This document shows, one piece after another, positions 38,614 to 50,929 of a stretch of 64,000 bases of DNA. This stretch comes from Eledone cirrhosa (Eukaryota): contig OZ024740.1 of the NCBI GenBank assembly GCA_964016885.1, positions 285,014,001 to 285,078,000 on the forward strand. Direction: 5' to 3'. The notes below the pieces were generated by a model that saw only the letters and a program-made list of their open reading frames with translations, did not search any database and had not been told where the DNA came from. A program made the position numbers and the translations under genes. Every line of letters begins with the position of its first letter. Positions within the stretch are counted from its first letter, which is position 1.

Positions 38614-38904
38614 AAAAAGAGATGAAATCGAAAATGCAACTGGAGTCTTATTTTAAAAAAAAATATATATATTTATTTGGTTCCTTTACCGGTTTCGCAG
38701 TTCTTCTGCTTTTCAAAGGGTGAGTTGAGATGGAGGTTCTGTGGTTTTTCTCACATGTGAGAAAAACCACAGAACCTCCATCTCAACTCACCTTTTGAAA
38801 AGCAGAAGAACTGCGAAACCGGTAAAGGAACCAAATAAATATATATATATTTTTTTAAAATAAGACTCCAGTTGCATTTTCGATTTCATCTCTTTTTCTT
38901 TATA
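38607..38904. repeat. Near-perfect ~300-bp spacerless palindrome containing a decayed hammerhead-like motif
   Basis: Centre tcaca|tgtga at 38755/38756; the arms match almost perfectly. Confidence 0.9.
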
Positions 38905-38959
38905 CTTTCACTCGTGTAGGACACCTCGGTTATTTTTCATTTTGTAAAAAAAACCTCAC

Positions 38960-38989
<30 letters not shown>

Positions 38990-38996
<7 letters not shown>

Positions 38997-39128
38997 TCTT
39001 AATATAGATGAGATTCTACAGGACTAGAACTGTTTTATTCTTGAGAAATCATAAGGGATTCCTAATGATTTCTCAAGAATGAAACAGTTCTAGTCCTGTA
39101 GAATCTCATCTATATTAAAACTTTTATA
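38990..39128. repeat. ~140-bp palindrome
   Basis: taatatagatgagattctacaggactagaactgttt.attcttgagaaatcat followed by its reverse complement. Confidence 0.85.
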
Positions 39129-39746
39129 CTCTGCTATGTATTGAGTGCCTTGCTTACTGTGGTTACCTCCGATTCAACCCGGAATAACTTACCTATATAA
39201 TATATATATAGTAATAATAATAAATTTGAAGACTAAAATCTGTTATTTTAATAAATATATATATATATATGTAGAAGTTATATTTAATTTGTTGGGATAC
39301 AACAAGCAAATATTTTTATAACTGATATAAATCACTCAACAAATTTTGGAGTAAAAATACAATATATTAACAAATGGAAACTATATTTATAAAACCTTAT
39401 TTATTTCATTATACATATTTCAAGGACACCAAAGCAAATTATGGTGCACTTTCATCAGATAAAATATAATATAGATCAGTTTTATAAACAAATATTGACA
39501 TACCCTTAAAGAATGCAACCATGTCGGTTGGAAGCTCCCGGATAAAGGGGTTACTAATTTTATTATTGGTCTATTATGCAAATTAGTGTCGGAAAGGTTT
39601 AAATCCCATACATTTAAATTAAGCCGTTGGAATAAAGAAAAGGAAAAAGAACGAAAGAAAAACTTTTGTATATATATATATATATAATTATTATAATTAT
39701 TTTAAAATCTATTTTTCCATGTTTTCATGTGTTGGTTGAGATCCTT

Positions 39747-39823
39747 TTCTGGCAATATTTCTGGCAATATTTCTGGCAATATTTCTGGCAATATTTCTGA
39801 CAATATTTCTGGCAATATTTCTG
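39747..39823. repeat. 12-bp tandem repeat (tttctggcaata) x~6
   Basis: Direct reading. Confidence 0.9.
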
Positions 39824-39986
39824 TGAGGGGATGCTCTTCCTGATGCCAACTGAAACCTTATTCTATCTATGATACATACTGCTGGTGTTTGTCAATCCAT
39901 TAGGCTGTGGGGTGTATTGTTTATAAGGAACATAAATGTCATCACAGTTGTTATATGTAGTGTTGATATGACATTTGTAATGATTG

Positions 39987-40028
<42 letters not shown>

Positions 40029-40312
40029 TCGGCAGGCTTCATATATTTTCTTTCTATGAAATTCACCTACAAGGCATTGGTTGGCACGAGAGTATAGAAG
40101 ACATTTGCCTGAAGTGCCATGCAGAGAGATAAAAATCAACACCACATGGTTATGAGGTGAACTTTTCTACCACAAAATTATGCTTGTGCCATATATATAT
40201 ATATTTATATACGTGTGCATGCATGTGTCTGTTTGTGTGCACACACACACACACACACACACATATATAAATATCTATGTCCACACAAACACACAGAGAA
40301 ATATATATATAA

Positions 40313-40354
<42 letters not shown>

Positions 40355-41151
40355 ACAGACATAAATATATGAACACGTGTGTGTATGTGTGTGTATGTGT
40401 GAGTATTTGTATGTAGATATGCATTGTGTATGCATGTTAATGTATGTGAGCTATCAACATACATATATGTGTCTTATATCATCCCCTTATTTATCAGATG
40501 GGGAAGGAGCAAAACATGTTATTCCATTAACATATTTTTCGAGGCACAACTCAGGATAAGTTGGCAGGGGAAGAGTTAGTCACCATAGCAATTGAACTTT
40601 GCTTTAACTTCTCATTCCATCACAGCAAGCTGGGAGGAGGGCTGCCATTAAATTGGGGTCTCACTCAGTCAACTTTGTTCCTCAATTGTGTTGCCATATA
40701 CCAAGAGAATATTTACCATGCCTTACTTTCTTCCTCACTTCTACTCCCTACACATAATGTCTTCTCTCTAATATGGCCCATTTCAGCTTAAAAGTAGAGG
40801 AGAAAGACAGGAATTAATCAATTTTTCCAGAAACCATACAAGAGGGAGAGGGAATAGAATTAGTTTCCACAAGAAGTTACTCATAAAATATTTCTGTTAT
40901 TTTTGTGTTGTTTTGTTTTGTTTCTCATTCATTTTCAGTAAAACTTTACCCTAAATATAAAACTAAAATTGTTCATTCATAAAATATCTTTTAAATATAC
41001 TTTGTGAAATAAAAATGGCTGGCAGTTAGATTTGTAATGTATCTGACTGTGATGTTTTCCAATGAAGATTTGGAGACAGTTTCTTAATTTTTAAAATTCC
41101 GAATAACATGAAGAATAATTTTTCATGTTTTCATAAATTTTCTTAATTATT

Positions 41152-42455
41152 CATCATCATCATCATCATCAACGTTTAACGTCCGTGTTCCATGCTTGCA
41201 TGGGTTTGGACGGGGGTAGTCCCACTTGAGGCAAGAGTGATTGTCTTGCTCGCATAGGACTGTCTGGCAGGTTTTCTACAGTTGGATGCCCTTCCTAACA
41301 CCAACCACATTTACAGTGTGGGTCTGGGAGGTTTTTACCGTGTTGCCTACACGGCCACATTACAGCGTGGACTGTGTGTTTTTTTGTCGTGACACCTACA
41401 CGATCTCATTTGTTTCGGCCTCGATGGCGCGGCACCAACATAACTTTACATAGACCGGGGTGGTGTGGATCGGGTGGGGGTGGTGGTGGTGGGACGGGGT
41501 GTATTTTGTTAGAGATGCCTACTGGCTGGAGTAGGTTTTACTATATATTTAGGTAAGGCGGGTCTTCTCTGTTACTGAGTACCGCCAAAGGTCTCGGTCC
41601 AGTGACATTGTCTTGGAGAGGTGTAAGTGTGTGATGTCGGAGTTTATCAGCTCGTCCCAGGTTTTTCTAGGTCTGCCTATTCCGTGACTACCGTCTATCT
41701 TTATTGCCCTGCACTTTGTTATACAGCTATCGACTTTCATGCGCATCACGTGTCCATACCAACGTAGCCTTCTCTCGAGTAAACAACATCTGATCCCTCT
41801 TATCTCTAATTTTTTCCTTAGTTCGTTTATGCTTTGCCGTTCACGTATATTACTGTTACACATCCAGCGGAGCATGCAAGCTTCGTTTCTCTCTAGTCTG
41901 CGTATATCCTCTGCACACAATGCCCAGGTCTCACTGCCATGCAGCATTGCTGTTCGTATGCAGGCATCGTACAACCTGCCTTTCATTTTTAGTGAGAACC
42001 CTTTAGCAGCTAATAGTGGTATAAGCTCTCTGAACTTTTTCCAACCAGTTCTGACTCTAGCTACAGTACTTTCAGAGCACCCTCCCCCACTGCTGATTTT
42101 ATCGCCCAGGTAACGGAAGCTGTCCACTATTTCTATAGAACCCTCTGCGCAATTGAAAGAGCTAGTAGTTTGTGGGCACTTGCTGCTACTTATTGCACCA
42201 GAGCACCGGCCACATGTAAAATCTATGTTCTTAGTTAGCTTACCTGTGATCCCACTACATCTTTTATGCACCCATACTTTGCATTTAGGACATAAAATGG
42301 AGTTTCTACCTACGCCTTTCCTACACACCGAGCACGACCATTTCCCAGAAGGGACCGCCGCCTTGTTTTCTTTCCTACAAACTAGTACTTTGGTCTTAGC
42401 CAGGTTAATTTTAAGTCCTTTTGACTCTAGGCCGTGCTTCCATGTTTGGAATTTC
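41152..42455 (-). mobile_element. Young 5'-truncated RTE LINE; C-terminal ORF open (41549-42450) with a PHD-like finger
   Basis: GLKINLAKTKVLV, C4HC3 finger, [41 protein letters not shown]; (GAT)n tail. Confidence 0.92.
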
Positions 42456-43250
42456 TTATTTCTAAATAATTATTATTATAAATTATTTTAACAGTATTCA
42501 CTGAAGCAAAGAGTTACGGCCCTTTATGGTCTGAGTTCAAATCCCGCCGAGGTTAACTTTGCCTTTCATCCTTACGGGGTCGATAAAATAAAGTACCAGT
42601 AATGTATTAAGTAATTGCTGGCCTTGTGCCAAAAGTAGAAACAATTATTTCTTAATCAATAACAAATGTTTTATATCTAATCCATATTCTTTAAAATTCT
42701 GATTCAACAACATTTTTCAATCAACATTTTAATTAAATAGCGCCCAGCCCACACTGTAAGGTGGTCGTGCTGGTGACATGATGAAAACTATTCAGTCCAC
42801 ACTGCAAAGTGATCGTTTTGGTGCCACAATAAAAAGCACCCACTCCACACTGTAACGTGGTTGGTGTTAGGAAGGGTATCTAACCATAGAAATCAAGCCA
42901 AAATACAATTCTGTATGAGCAAGACATGGTCTCTAGACCTGACTTGTCTCATGACGTGACAACCCGTCTAACCCATACAAGCATGGAAAATGGACGTTAA
43001 ACGATGACGATGATGATGTAACTAATAAATCATTGCTGTTTATATTTTCTGCTGTTCTTACGTTTAGGGTTTGATCCTCAAATAAGTCATCTATTTATTC
43101 ACTGTAATTCTAGAAATATTTCCTAATAACAACAATTTTCCCTCACGTTTTATCTAAATCAAACATTTTTAATACTTCTATAAATGAATAACATTTTCTG
43201 CACCGAAAATTTTAAGAATAAAATTTTCCTCAAACTTCCAAGTTAGTCTT

Positions 43251-43480
43251 TTAACCATTTAGCATTTAAACTGGCCATATTCGGCCAGAATTCTCTCACT
43301 ACCTTCTATTCAAACCGGCCATAACCGGTTGCTCATAAATGATGTCAAGGCATTATTCTCAAAATGAATAATATCAAAATCTCGTAGATACGATATTTTG
43401 TGAGATAATTATGTGAAATAAAGTGTTTACTGTAAAAATACAATGGTAAATATAGAGCAGTGTAAATGGTAAAGGGTTAA
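43251..43480. mobile_element. piggyBac-type MITE family (other copies 48540-48904 and 58971-59267)
   Basis: TTAA-cc(c)tttagcattt ... aaatg(c)taaaggg-TTAA termini; the 48540 copy holds a SINE piece with a 19-bp TSD attactctatatttactat (48559-48577 / 48695-48713). Confidence 0.75.
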
Positions 43481-43654
43481 TCCTTATGTGTTTGTATCCA
43501 TGCCATTTGTATCTTGGCCTTTAGAATGAATACATTCTATCCCTGCATGTCATATGAGGCAGCTAAAAGGGTTAGCATCTGGCAGTAAAACATTGTCTCA
43601 AAACATCCTGTCAAACCCATGTCAGCAAAGAAAAGTGGACATGAAAATGACAAC

Positions 43655-44452
43655 AGTGGTGATGATGGTGATGATAGTGATGGTTATGGTGGTGGTGATG
43701 ATGGTGGTGGTGGTGATGGTGATGGTGATGGCGGCAGTGGTGGTGGTGCTGGTGGTGTTGGTGGTGGTGATGGTGGTGATGATGGTGGTAGTGGTGGTGG
43801 TGATGATGATGATGGTGGTGGCATGGTGATGATGGTGATGGAGGTGGTGGTGGTGGCGGTGGTGGTGCTGGTGCTGGTGGTAGTGCTGGTGCTGGTGGTG
43901 ATGGTGGTGGTGGTGGTAGTGGTGGTGGTGGTGGTGATGGTGGTGCTGGTGGTGCTGGTGGTGCTGGTGGTGTTGGTAGTGGTGATGGTGGTGGTGGTGG
44001 TAGTGGTGGTGGTGATGATGATGATGATGGTGGGGGCATGATGATGATGGTGATGGAGGTGGTGGTGGTGGTGATGGTGGTGGTGGTGGTAGTGGTGTTG
44101 GTGGTGGTGGTGGTGATAGTGGTGGTAATGATGGTGGTGATGATGATGATGATGGTGGTGGCATTGGTGATGATGGTGATGGATGTGGTGGTGGTGGTGC
44201 TGCTGCTGGTGGCGGTGGTGATGATGATGATGGAGGAGGTGGTGGTGGTGGTGCTGCTGGTGGTGGTGGTGATGGTGGTGGTGATGATGATGGTGGTGGT
44301 GGTGGTGGTGGCATGGTGATGATGGTGATGGTGATGGAGGTAGTGGTGGTGGTGCTGGTGGTGCTGGTGGTGGTGGTGGTGCTGGTGGTGGTGGTGGTGG
44401 TGGTGATGGTGGTGGTGATGGTGATGGTGGTGGTGGTGGTAGTGGTGGTGGC

Positions 44453-44499
<47 letters not shown>

Positions 44500-44550
44500 C
44501 AACGCCAACGACAATGACGACGGCCATGATGATGATGCGGATGATGAGGA
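43655..44550. repeat. (GGT/GAT/GCT)n trinucleotide low-complexity field
   Basis: Source of the poly-V/H/P/T pseudo-ORFs. Confidence 0.95.
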
Positions 44551-45389
44551 TTTCTATAAGTTTCCTATATCTTAGACCCTTTGTTTAACTCTGACAATCA
44601 TATTTTCTAATTCACTGCATTTACACCTTTGACATTGATTCTGGTGTTACTTTGGTGTTTTGTTTGTTGTGTCAAATATAAAAGAGTGTGAGTTTTGTTG
44701 GTACTGAACCCTGTCACACTTTGTTGAATAGACCCATAATAAAGGCATTCCAGCCATGACCATACCATCTATTAGGAGTATCTAAGAATACATTATCTAA
44801 TGTATGGATTGGCAGACACCATCAGACACCATGTTTTGTGGCATAGGGTTATGACCTTTTACTTTATAAGTTCAAATCTCTCCATGGTTAGCTTTGCGTT
44901 TCATCCATATGGGGTTGATAAAATAAAGTACCAGTATCACACTGGGGTCGATTTAATCAACTTTCCCCCTCCCTCAAAATTGTTGACTTTGTGCCTAAAT
45001 CAGAAACTGTTATTATTATTATTTTTGTTGTTAGGGCGGTGGATTGGCAAAAATCAGTAGAGCGTCGGACACCATGCTTTGCAGCATAGAGTTACGGCCC
45101 TTTACATTCTGAATTCAAATCACGCCGAGGTTAGCTTTGCCTTTCATCCTTAGAGGGTCGATAAAATAAAGTACCAGTAATGCACTGGGGGCGATTTAAT
45201 CAACTTTTCCCTCCCTCAAAATTGTTGACTTTGTTATAAGGATGGTACATTGGTAGAATCACTAAAATGTTGGATAAATTGTTTTGCAGTATTTGATACA
45301 GCTCTTTACATTCTAACTTATTATTCAGCAACAAAAGGCGGTGGATTGCTAGAATCGGTAGAGTGTCGGACAATATGCTTTGCACATAG

Positions 45390-47870
45390 TTCCCCCGGCA
45401 TCACAGCCGACATGCTTGCGGTGAAATTGGCCCTTGACCAATTCTAGAATGCAAAGCACAAAGGTTGCATTGTCAGAGTTAGGCCGCATGTTTTTAAACA
45501 TGAGGGAACAAAAACTATTTGACGGGCCAAAGTGGCGGAGGTGTGGCATGGCAACAAAGCCAGAACCTGGTTTTTGATGGTCCACCACGAGCACATGGTA
45601 CTTGATCCGAAGCAGATGTGTATGATTTTTTAGCGACACTTCACTGACATATTCAGGAGTCATGGTGGCCCTGATCAAGGGATGGATTTCAGTGCCAACA
45701 ATGCTCTCAGTGAATAAAGTGGAGTGTTGCAAAATTCCGATAACAACCAATGAAATATGGGATGTGATGGCTAACTGCACAGGGGGAAAATCACCTTTAG
45801 TGATGAGCTTAGTATATGTAAATAGTGGTCTGGTAGGAGAGGCACAAATATGTACCATTCTGGACAGATTGATCCACGATAACCTCCATTTTATGCGATA
45901 CATTATATAGAGGCTGGCTAAGGAACCTGGCATGGATTAACTTAGATCATTCAAAAGCTTTCAATAGGGTTGACCATTAATACCTGATGGCAGTCATCAA
46001 GGCAGCCAACTTTGGGCTCATTTTCAGAGAATGGATCATTGCCTTGCACAGCAACATCTGTTCTATGGTCAGAGTGAACAGTCACCTCTTGGAACTGTTC
46101 AACATCATGCACTTGGTTTGCCAAGGTTGTTCTCTCTCATCTCTGTTGTATGTATTGATTCTCAAGCCACTATTACACAAATTAGAGACATTGAGATGCA
46201 TCCTGTCTAAACTAAGATGTGAGAGATCCGTGTCAGTATATGTCGACAATGTTGCTGTAGTGGTATCAAGCAGCAAACATTGAGTTGATCAGCACCACTC
46301 TTGGGGAATACAGGGCAATAGCAGGAGCAAAAATTAACCGGGAAAAGTCAATAGGCCTGTGACTCAGCATCTGGAGAGGCAAGTCCATGACGTCTAACAG
46401 TGTCACTGGGCACTGAATGGATTTACTGGTTAAATTACTTGGGGTCTTGTTTGGTCCAGACATCCAAATGGACAAAAACTGGGATGAGGTAATGACATTA
46501 GTGACTACTCTCATCCAGAAATGGGCCGAGAGAAAGCTATCCTTGAAAGGTTGTGAACAGATACATCACATCTATCATCTACTACTGACTGACTGTTCTC
46601 AACATCTAACTGCACTGGCAAATTTACTCTTTTGCTTTTTGTGGAAGGGACGCATGCCAATTGTCAGGCGGTTCATTTGTGGTCAACACCTGCTGTGGCT
46701 GATGATGCACAAATATGCACTGAGGCTATGTCATCTCCAGCTTTTTCTTAATGGGGAACAGATGTGGTAGCCATTTGCTAGACACATGTTTCCCCAACTC
46801 ATCTCCTTGACGATATTACAGTTCTGGGGCAAGCAAAGACCAAGGTTTGGAAACTAGAATGTCTTCAAGTGCTCACAACCCTCTGCCAATCAGATAGTTC
46901 GATCAGTAGAAACTCCACCTTGCTATTCTACAGAGAGTTAGTGGTAGGTAAAAGTGAAGACATTTTTGGAGAGACTCTAGCCATCTATAATAACTATCCA
47001 CTCTTTTCTGGGGGATTTTCAGTCCAGGGTTCATGGATACCTTCCAGAAGTCCTTGACCTGACAGTACTACCGAGGAGCATTGACAGTTCAAAATAAACT
47101 CTACAGGCATGGAAGTGATGTCAGCTGAGTCTGTCTGAGATGCAAGCATGTTGGTGAAACCATCCTGCACACACATGTCAAGTGACCAAATATTGCTGAC
47201 TTGGGGGTTTATGCCAAACTTCTGTTCTCATGTGTAGAATGAATCCAGCTATCAGCTGGGTTTATTGTGAAGATAGCCAAACCATCTTCCTTAGAAAGGA
47301 CGGACAGGTAGTTTTTATCTGCCTGGTGGCCATGGTGAAAGTGGTTGTGTGGTGGCCATGTTTAAAAAGGTTGAAGACAAGCATTTTCCTATTCAGCAAA
47401 GCCCTGATTAAATTTTTCAAGTTTCACTTGAAGAGGAAAACCAGGGTGAAGAGGGAGGTGCTGCCTTTCAACCAGTTTGTTGAAAGGCAGGTGAGAGTGG
47501 TGAGCATGGTCCAAGCCTGCTCTGAGTGTATGTCTGTAATAATTTGGAGGAGGACAACTGGGGGAGGGCACTTGCCCTAGTGATCAGGATCACCATAAAT
47601 TTTTGTAGGTTTTCTCCCTGAATGACCCTCAAATGTCTTCCCCCATTGAGGAATTTGTTTCTGTTTGTTTGATTTTTAAATGTTTTTTTTTTTTTAGTTT
47701 TTGTTATAACCCTTTTTTTTTACACACAAAAACCATACTGTATCATCATGTGATGTCTCTATTGTTTGCTTAATTTCAGCCCCATGTGGCTAATAAAGAA
47801 CCCTTATTATTATAAACGAAACCATCATTATTTGTCCTCTACATGTCAGCCCTTGTGGCCAATAAATGAA
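45390..47870 (+). mobile_element. Degraded L1/Tx1-group LINE; 3' fragment of the same family at 60930-61415 (-)
   Basis: LDHSKAFNRVDH, VCQGCSLS.LLYVL..KPLL, YVDNV, KIN.EKS, LLGV.FG, FLWKG and C..C...ETI.H; C-terminus FFKFHLKRK.RV.RE.L shared with the 61215-61487 ORF. Confidence 0.75.
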
Positions 47871-49069
47871 ATCATTATCATTATCATTAATCAAGTCCAA
47901 CCGAGGTTAGATTTGCCTTTCATCCTTATGAGGTCGATAAAATAAAGCACCAGTAATGTACTGGGATCGATTTAATCGACTTTGCCCTACCCTCAAATTA
48001 CTGGCCTTGTGCCTATACTAGAAATCATCATCATTATTATTATTATTATTATTATTATTTGTTTGTTTCTGTTGCTTTTCTTATTTGTCTTCCATCAACA
48101 TGATTAGTGTAGTATTTTCTGAAAATATTCATAGAATCTTTACAATCTTTATTATCATTAGTGCTATTATCTCCATTTTTAGAAGTCAAAGCAAATCACA
48201 CACATCCATTAGACGCCTTCCTTAATATAATCACTCTTTGACATTTTACCTTCACTAAATCACACAGAGCTCAACATCAAATTATCACAAATGCTGCTCC
48301 AAGTGACCAGTTAGTCATATCTAATTTTCTAAATTCCAGTGTTTTCAACCTTCTTCCAAGCAAATTGCTCGTATCCTTGCTGATATCACCACCACCATAT
48401 CCACAACCTCTGGTTCTGACCATCCCTACTACCACCTCAAACTAACAAGAGTGCCTTGACATAGTAGCTCGAATTATTAGAAATAGCAGCCAAATCTTCC
48501 TCAAATTGCACCTTACCATCTTAGAAAAGGACATATTAGTTAAACCTTTAGCATTTGCATTACTCTATATTTACTATGGTCTGAGTTCAAATCCCGCCGA
48601 GGTTAACTTTGCCTTTCATCCCTACGGGGTCGATAAAATAAAGTACCAGTAATACACTGGAATAATTGCTGGCCTTGTGCCAAAAGTAGAAACAATTACT
48701 CTATATTTACTATTATATTTTTATGGTAAAGTCTTTATCTCACATAATTATCTCACATACCATTGAATCTATGAGATTTTGATATTATTTATTTTGAGAA
48801 CAATACCTTAACATCAATGTGAGCAACCGGTTACAGCTAGTTAGAATAAAAAGAGGTGAGAAAATTCTGGCTGGATATGGCTGGTTTAAATGCTAAAGGG
48901 TTAATGTAGTCCTGAGTTCCTTGCACATAGGTGAAAAATCAGATGGCCACATCTGGAATACTACAGATCATAGTTCTGCTCAAACAGGGATGAACCGAAC
49001 AAAATAACTACTATGACCTGCAGTAACCATAGCAATAAAAACAATAGAAACATTGTCATCATCAACAAT

Positions 49070-49500
49070 CTCTTCATGGTCACTTGAGGTACAATGTATG
49101 TGGCCAATTTCTTTTAACAAGAGCTGGATTTGTCAACCATCTGAAATTACACGAGCCAGGGAGAAATTGAGCCACCTGTGAGATCGTTCTACTGCCACAC
49201 ACTCCAAGATACATTTGCAGTGAGTGTGGCTTAATTTGCAAGTCAGCTGGTGGACTGACCAGACATGGTAGAATGCATAAAGACACACCCCAGTTGGTAT
49301 TGCCAGGTGACAAACAGTTCATTCGTTACATCTGTGAACATGCCTGTAATACAAATGCGGGTCTGAAAAAATCACCTAATGAAGGGATGACACTCTTCTG
49401 ACAAGAAATAGCAATCAGCATGTACGTATATATGTACGTATGTATGTATGTATGTATGTATGTATGTATGTATGTATGTATGTATGTATGTATGTATGTT
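49070..49500 (+). mobile_element. 3' end of an RTE-like LINE with C2H2 zinc fingers and (TATG)n tail
   Basis: CSECGLICKSAGGLTRHGRMH at 49216-49278; tail resembles the 49518 elements. Confidence 0.55.
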
Positions 49501-49517
49501 ATGTCAGGTCACCAGTT

Positions 49518-50733
49518 GGTGCTACTGGTAACATGTATCCCAGTACAACCTGTCTCATGGTCGGGTCGTTGGCGACTAAACTGGCAACCCCACCAAGGTT
49601 TCTTGGTGAGGAGGGTGACTTTGGACATCCTGCAGGACTAAAAACAAAACCTGTCAAAGGGCAAGGGAGCTCTTAAGAGTCAATAGCCATCCAAAATCAC
49701 TGGGAGAGATGACCCCTTAGCCTTTGTCAAGGCAGAATTCTAGGAGTAGGAAAACTCTGATATAACACCTGCAACCCTGATGGTATCCAATGATGTTGAC
49801 TTGTTCTTCTTTTTGGTAAATATCATCTTGGTTAAGAGAGTGGGACTGGCTTTGTGCCGTGCCTTTGCTCACTATAAAAGCTTCACAGCACAGGCATTGC
49901 TTTATATCTGGAGATCTCTCTGCACTTGTCATCACATGGTACCATGGGCCCTGCACTATGTGTCAATAATGGTCACAAGTGTAGTGTTTGTACCAGAGTT
50001 TTCAAGTCGCTGGCTGGACTAAAAAGTCACATTCGTTCAGCGCATCGGTAGGGGTTCTCCTACATGGATATAAAGTAGTGGCCGTACTCGAAAACGAGTT
50101 GGCAGCCACCATGTATGTATGTATGTATGTATGGTGCTACTGGTAACATGTATCCCAGTACAACCTGTCTCATGGTCGGGTCGTTGGCGACTAAACTGGC
50201 AACCCCACCAAGGTTTCTTGGTGAGGAGGGTGACTTTGGACATCCTGCAGGACTAAAAACAAAACCTGTCAAAGGGCAAAGGAGCTCTTAAGAGTCAATG
50301 GCCATCCAAAATCACCGGGAGAGATGACCCCTTAGCTTTTGTCAAGGCAGAATTCTAGGAGAAGGAAAACTCTGATATAACACCTGCAACCCTGATGGTA
50401 TTCAATGATGTTGACTTGTTCTTCTTTTTGGTAAATATTATCTTGGTTAAGAGAGTGGGACTGGTTTTGTGCAGTGCCTTTGCTCACTAAAAAAGCTTCA
50501 CGGCACAGGCATTGCTTTATATCTGGAGATCTCTCTGCACTTGTCGTCACATGGTACCATGGGCCCAGTACTGTGTCAATAATTGTCACAAGTGTAGTGT
50601 TTGTACCAGAGTTTTTAAGTCGCTGGCTGGACTAAAAAGTCACACTCGTTCAGCGCATCGGTAGGGGTTCTCCTACATGGATATAAAGTAGTGGCCGTAC
50701 TCGAAAACGAGTTGGCAGCCACCATGTATGTAT
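49518..50733 (+). mobile_element. Tandem pair (~615-bp period) of non-autonomous bipartite RTE derivatives; third diverged copy at 53390-53916
   Basis: RTE 5'UTR-like motif tctaggagaaggaaaactctga; 3' C2H2 remnant CSVCTRVFKSLAGLKSHIRSAHR*; (ATGT)n tail after each copy. Confidence 0.7.
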
Positions 50734-50929
50734 GTTCTTCTGGTTTTATAATTTCACAAATTTTTTCCCAATAAAGAGAGAGTCGGTTTTTAACATAGAC
50801 ACAAGACTCTTTCATTGGAATTTACACAACATCAACTAGGTAGATTATGTATGCATGCATGTGTAGATATGGATGTTATTGTATGTGTGGATGTGTATGT
50901 TTTGAGTTGTATGTGTGCATGTGTATATG

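Noticed and set aside
39497-39560. Twister-like string (gtcggt..aagc.cccggataaagggg) or small minus-strand exon (NPFIRELPTDMVAFFK|gtatgt)
   Set aside because: Twister conserved nucleotides and pseudoknots could not be fitted; the acceptor lacks a pyrimidine tract
43554-44588. Pro/His/Val/Gly-Asp-rich ORFs
   Set aside because: Trinucleotide low-complexity tract open in most frames; no splice or homology support
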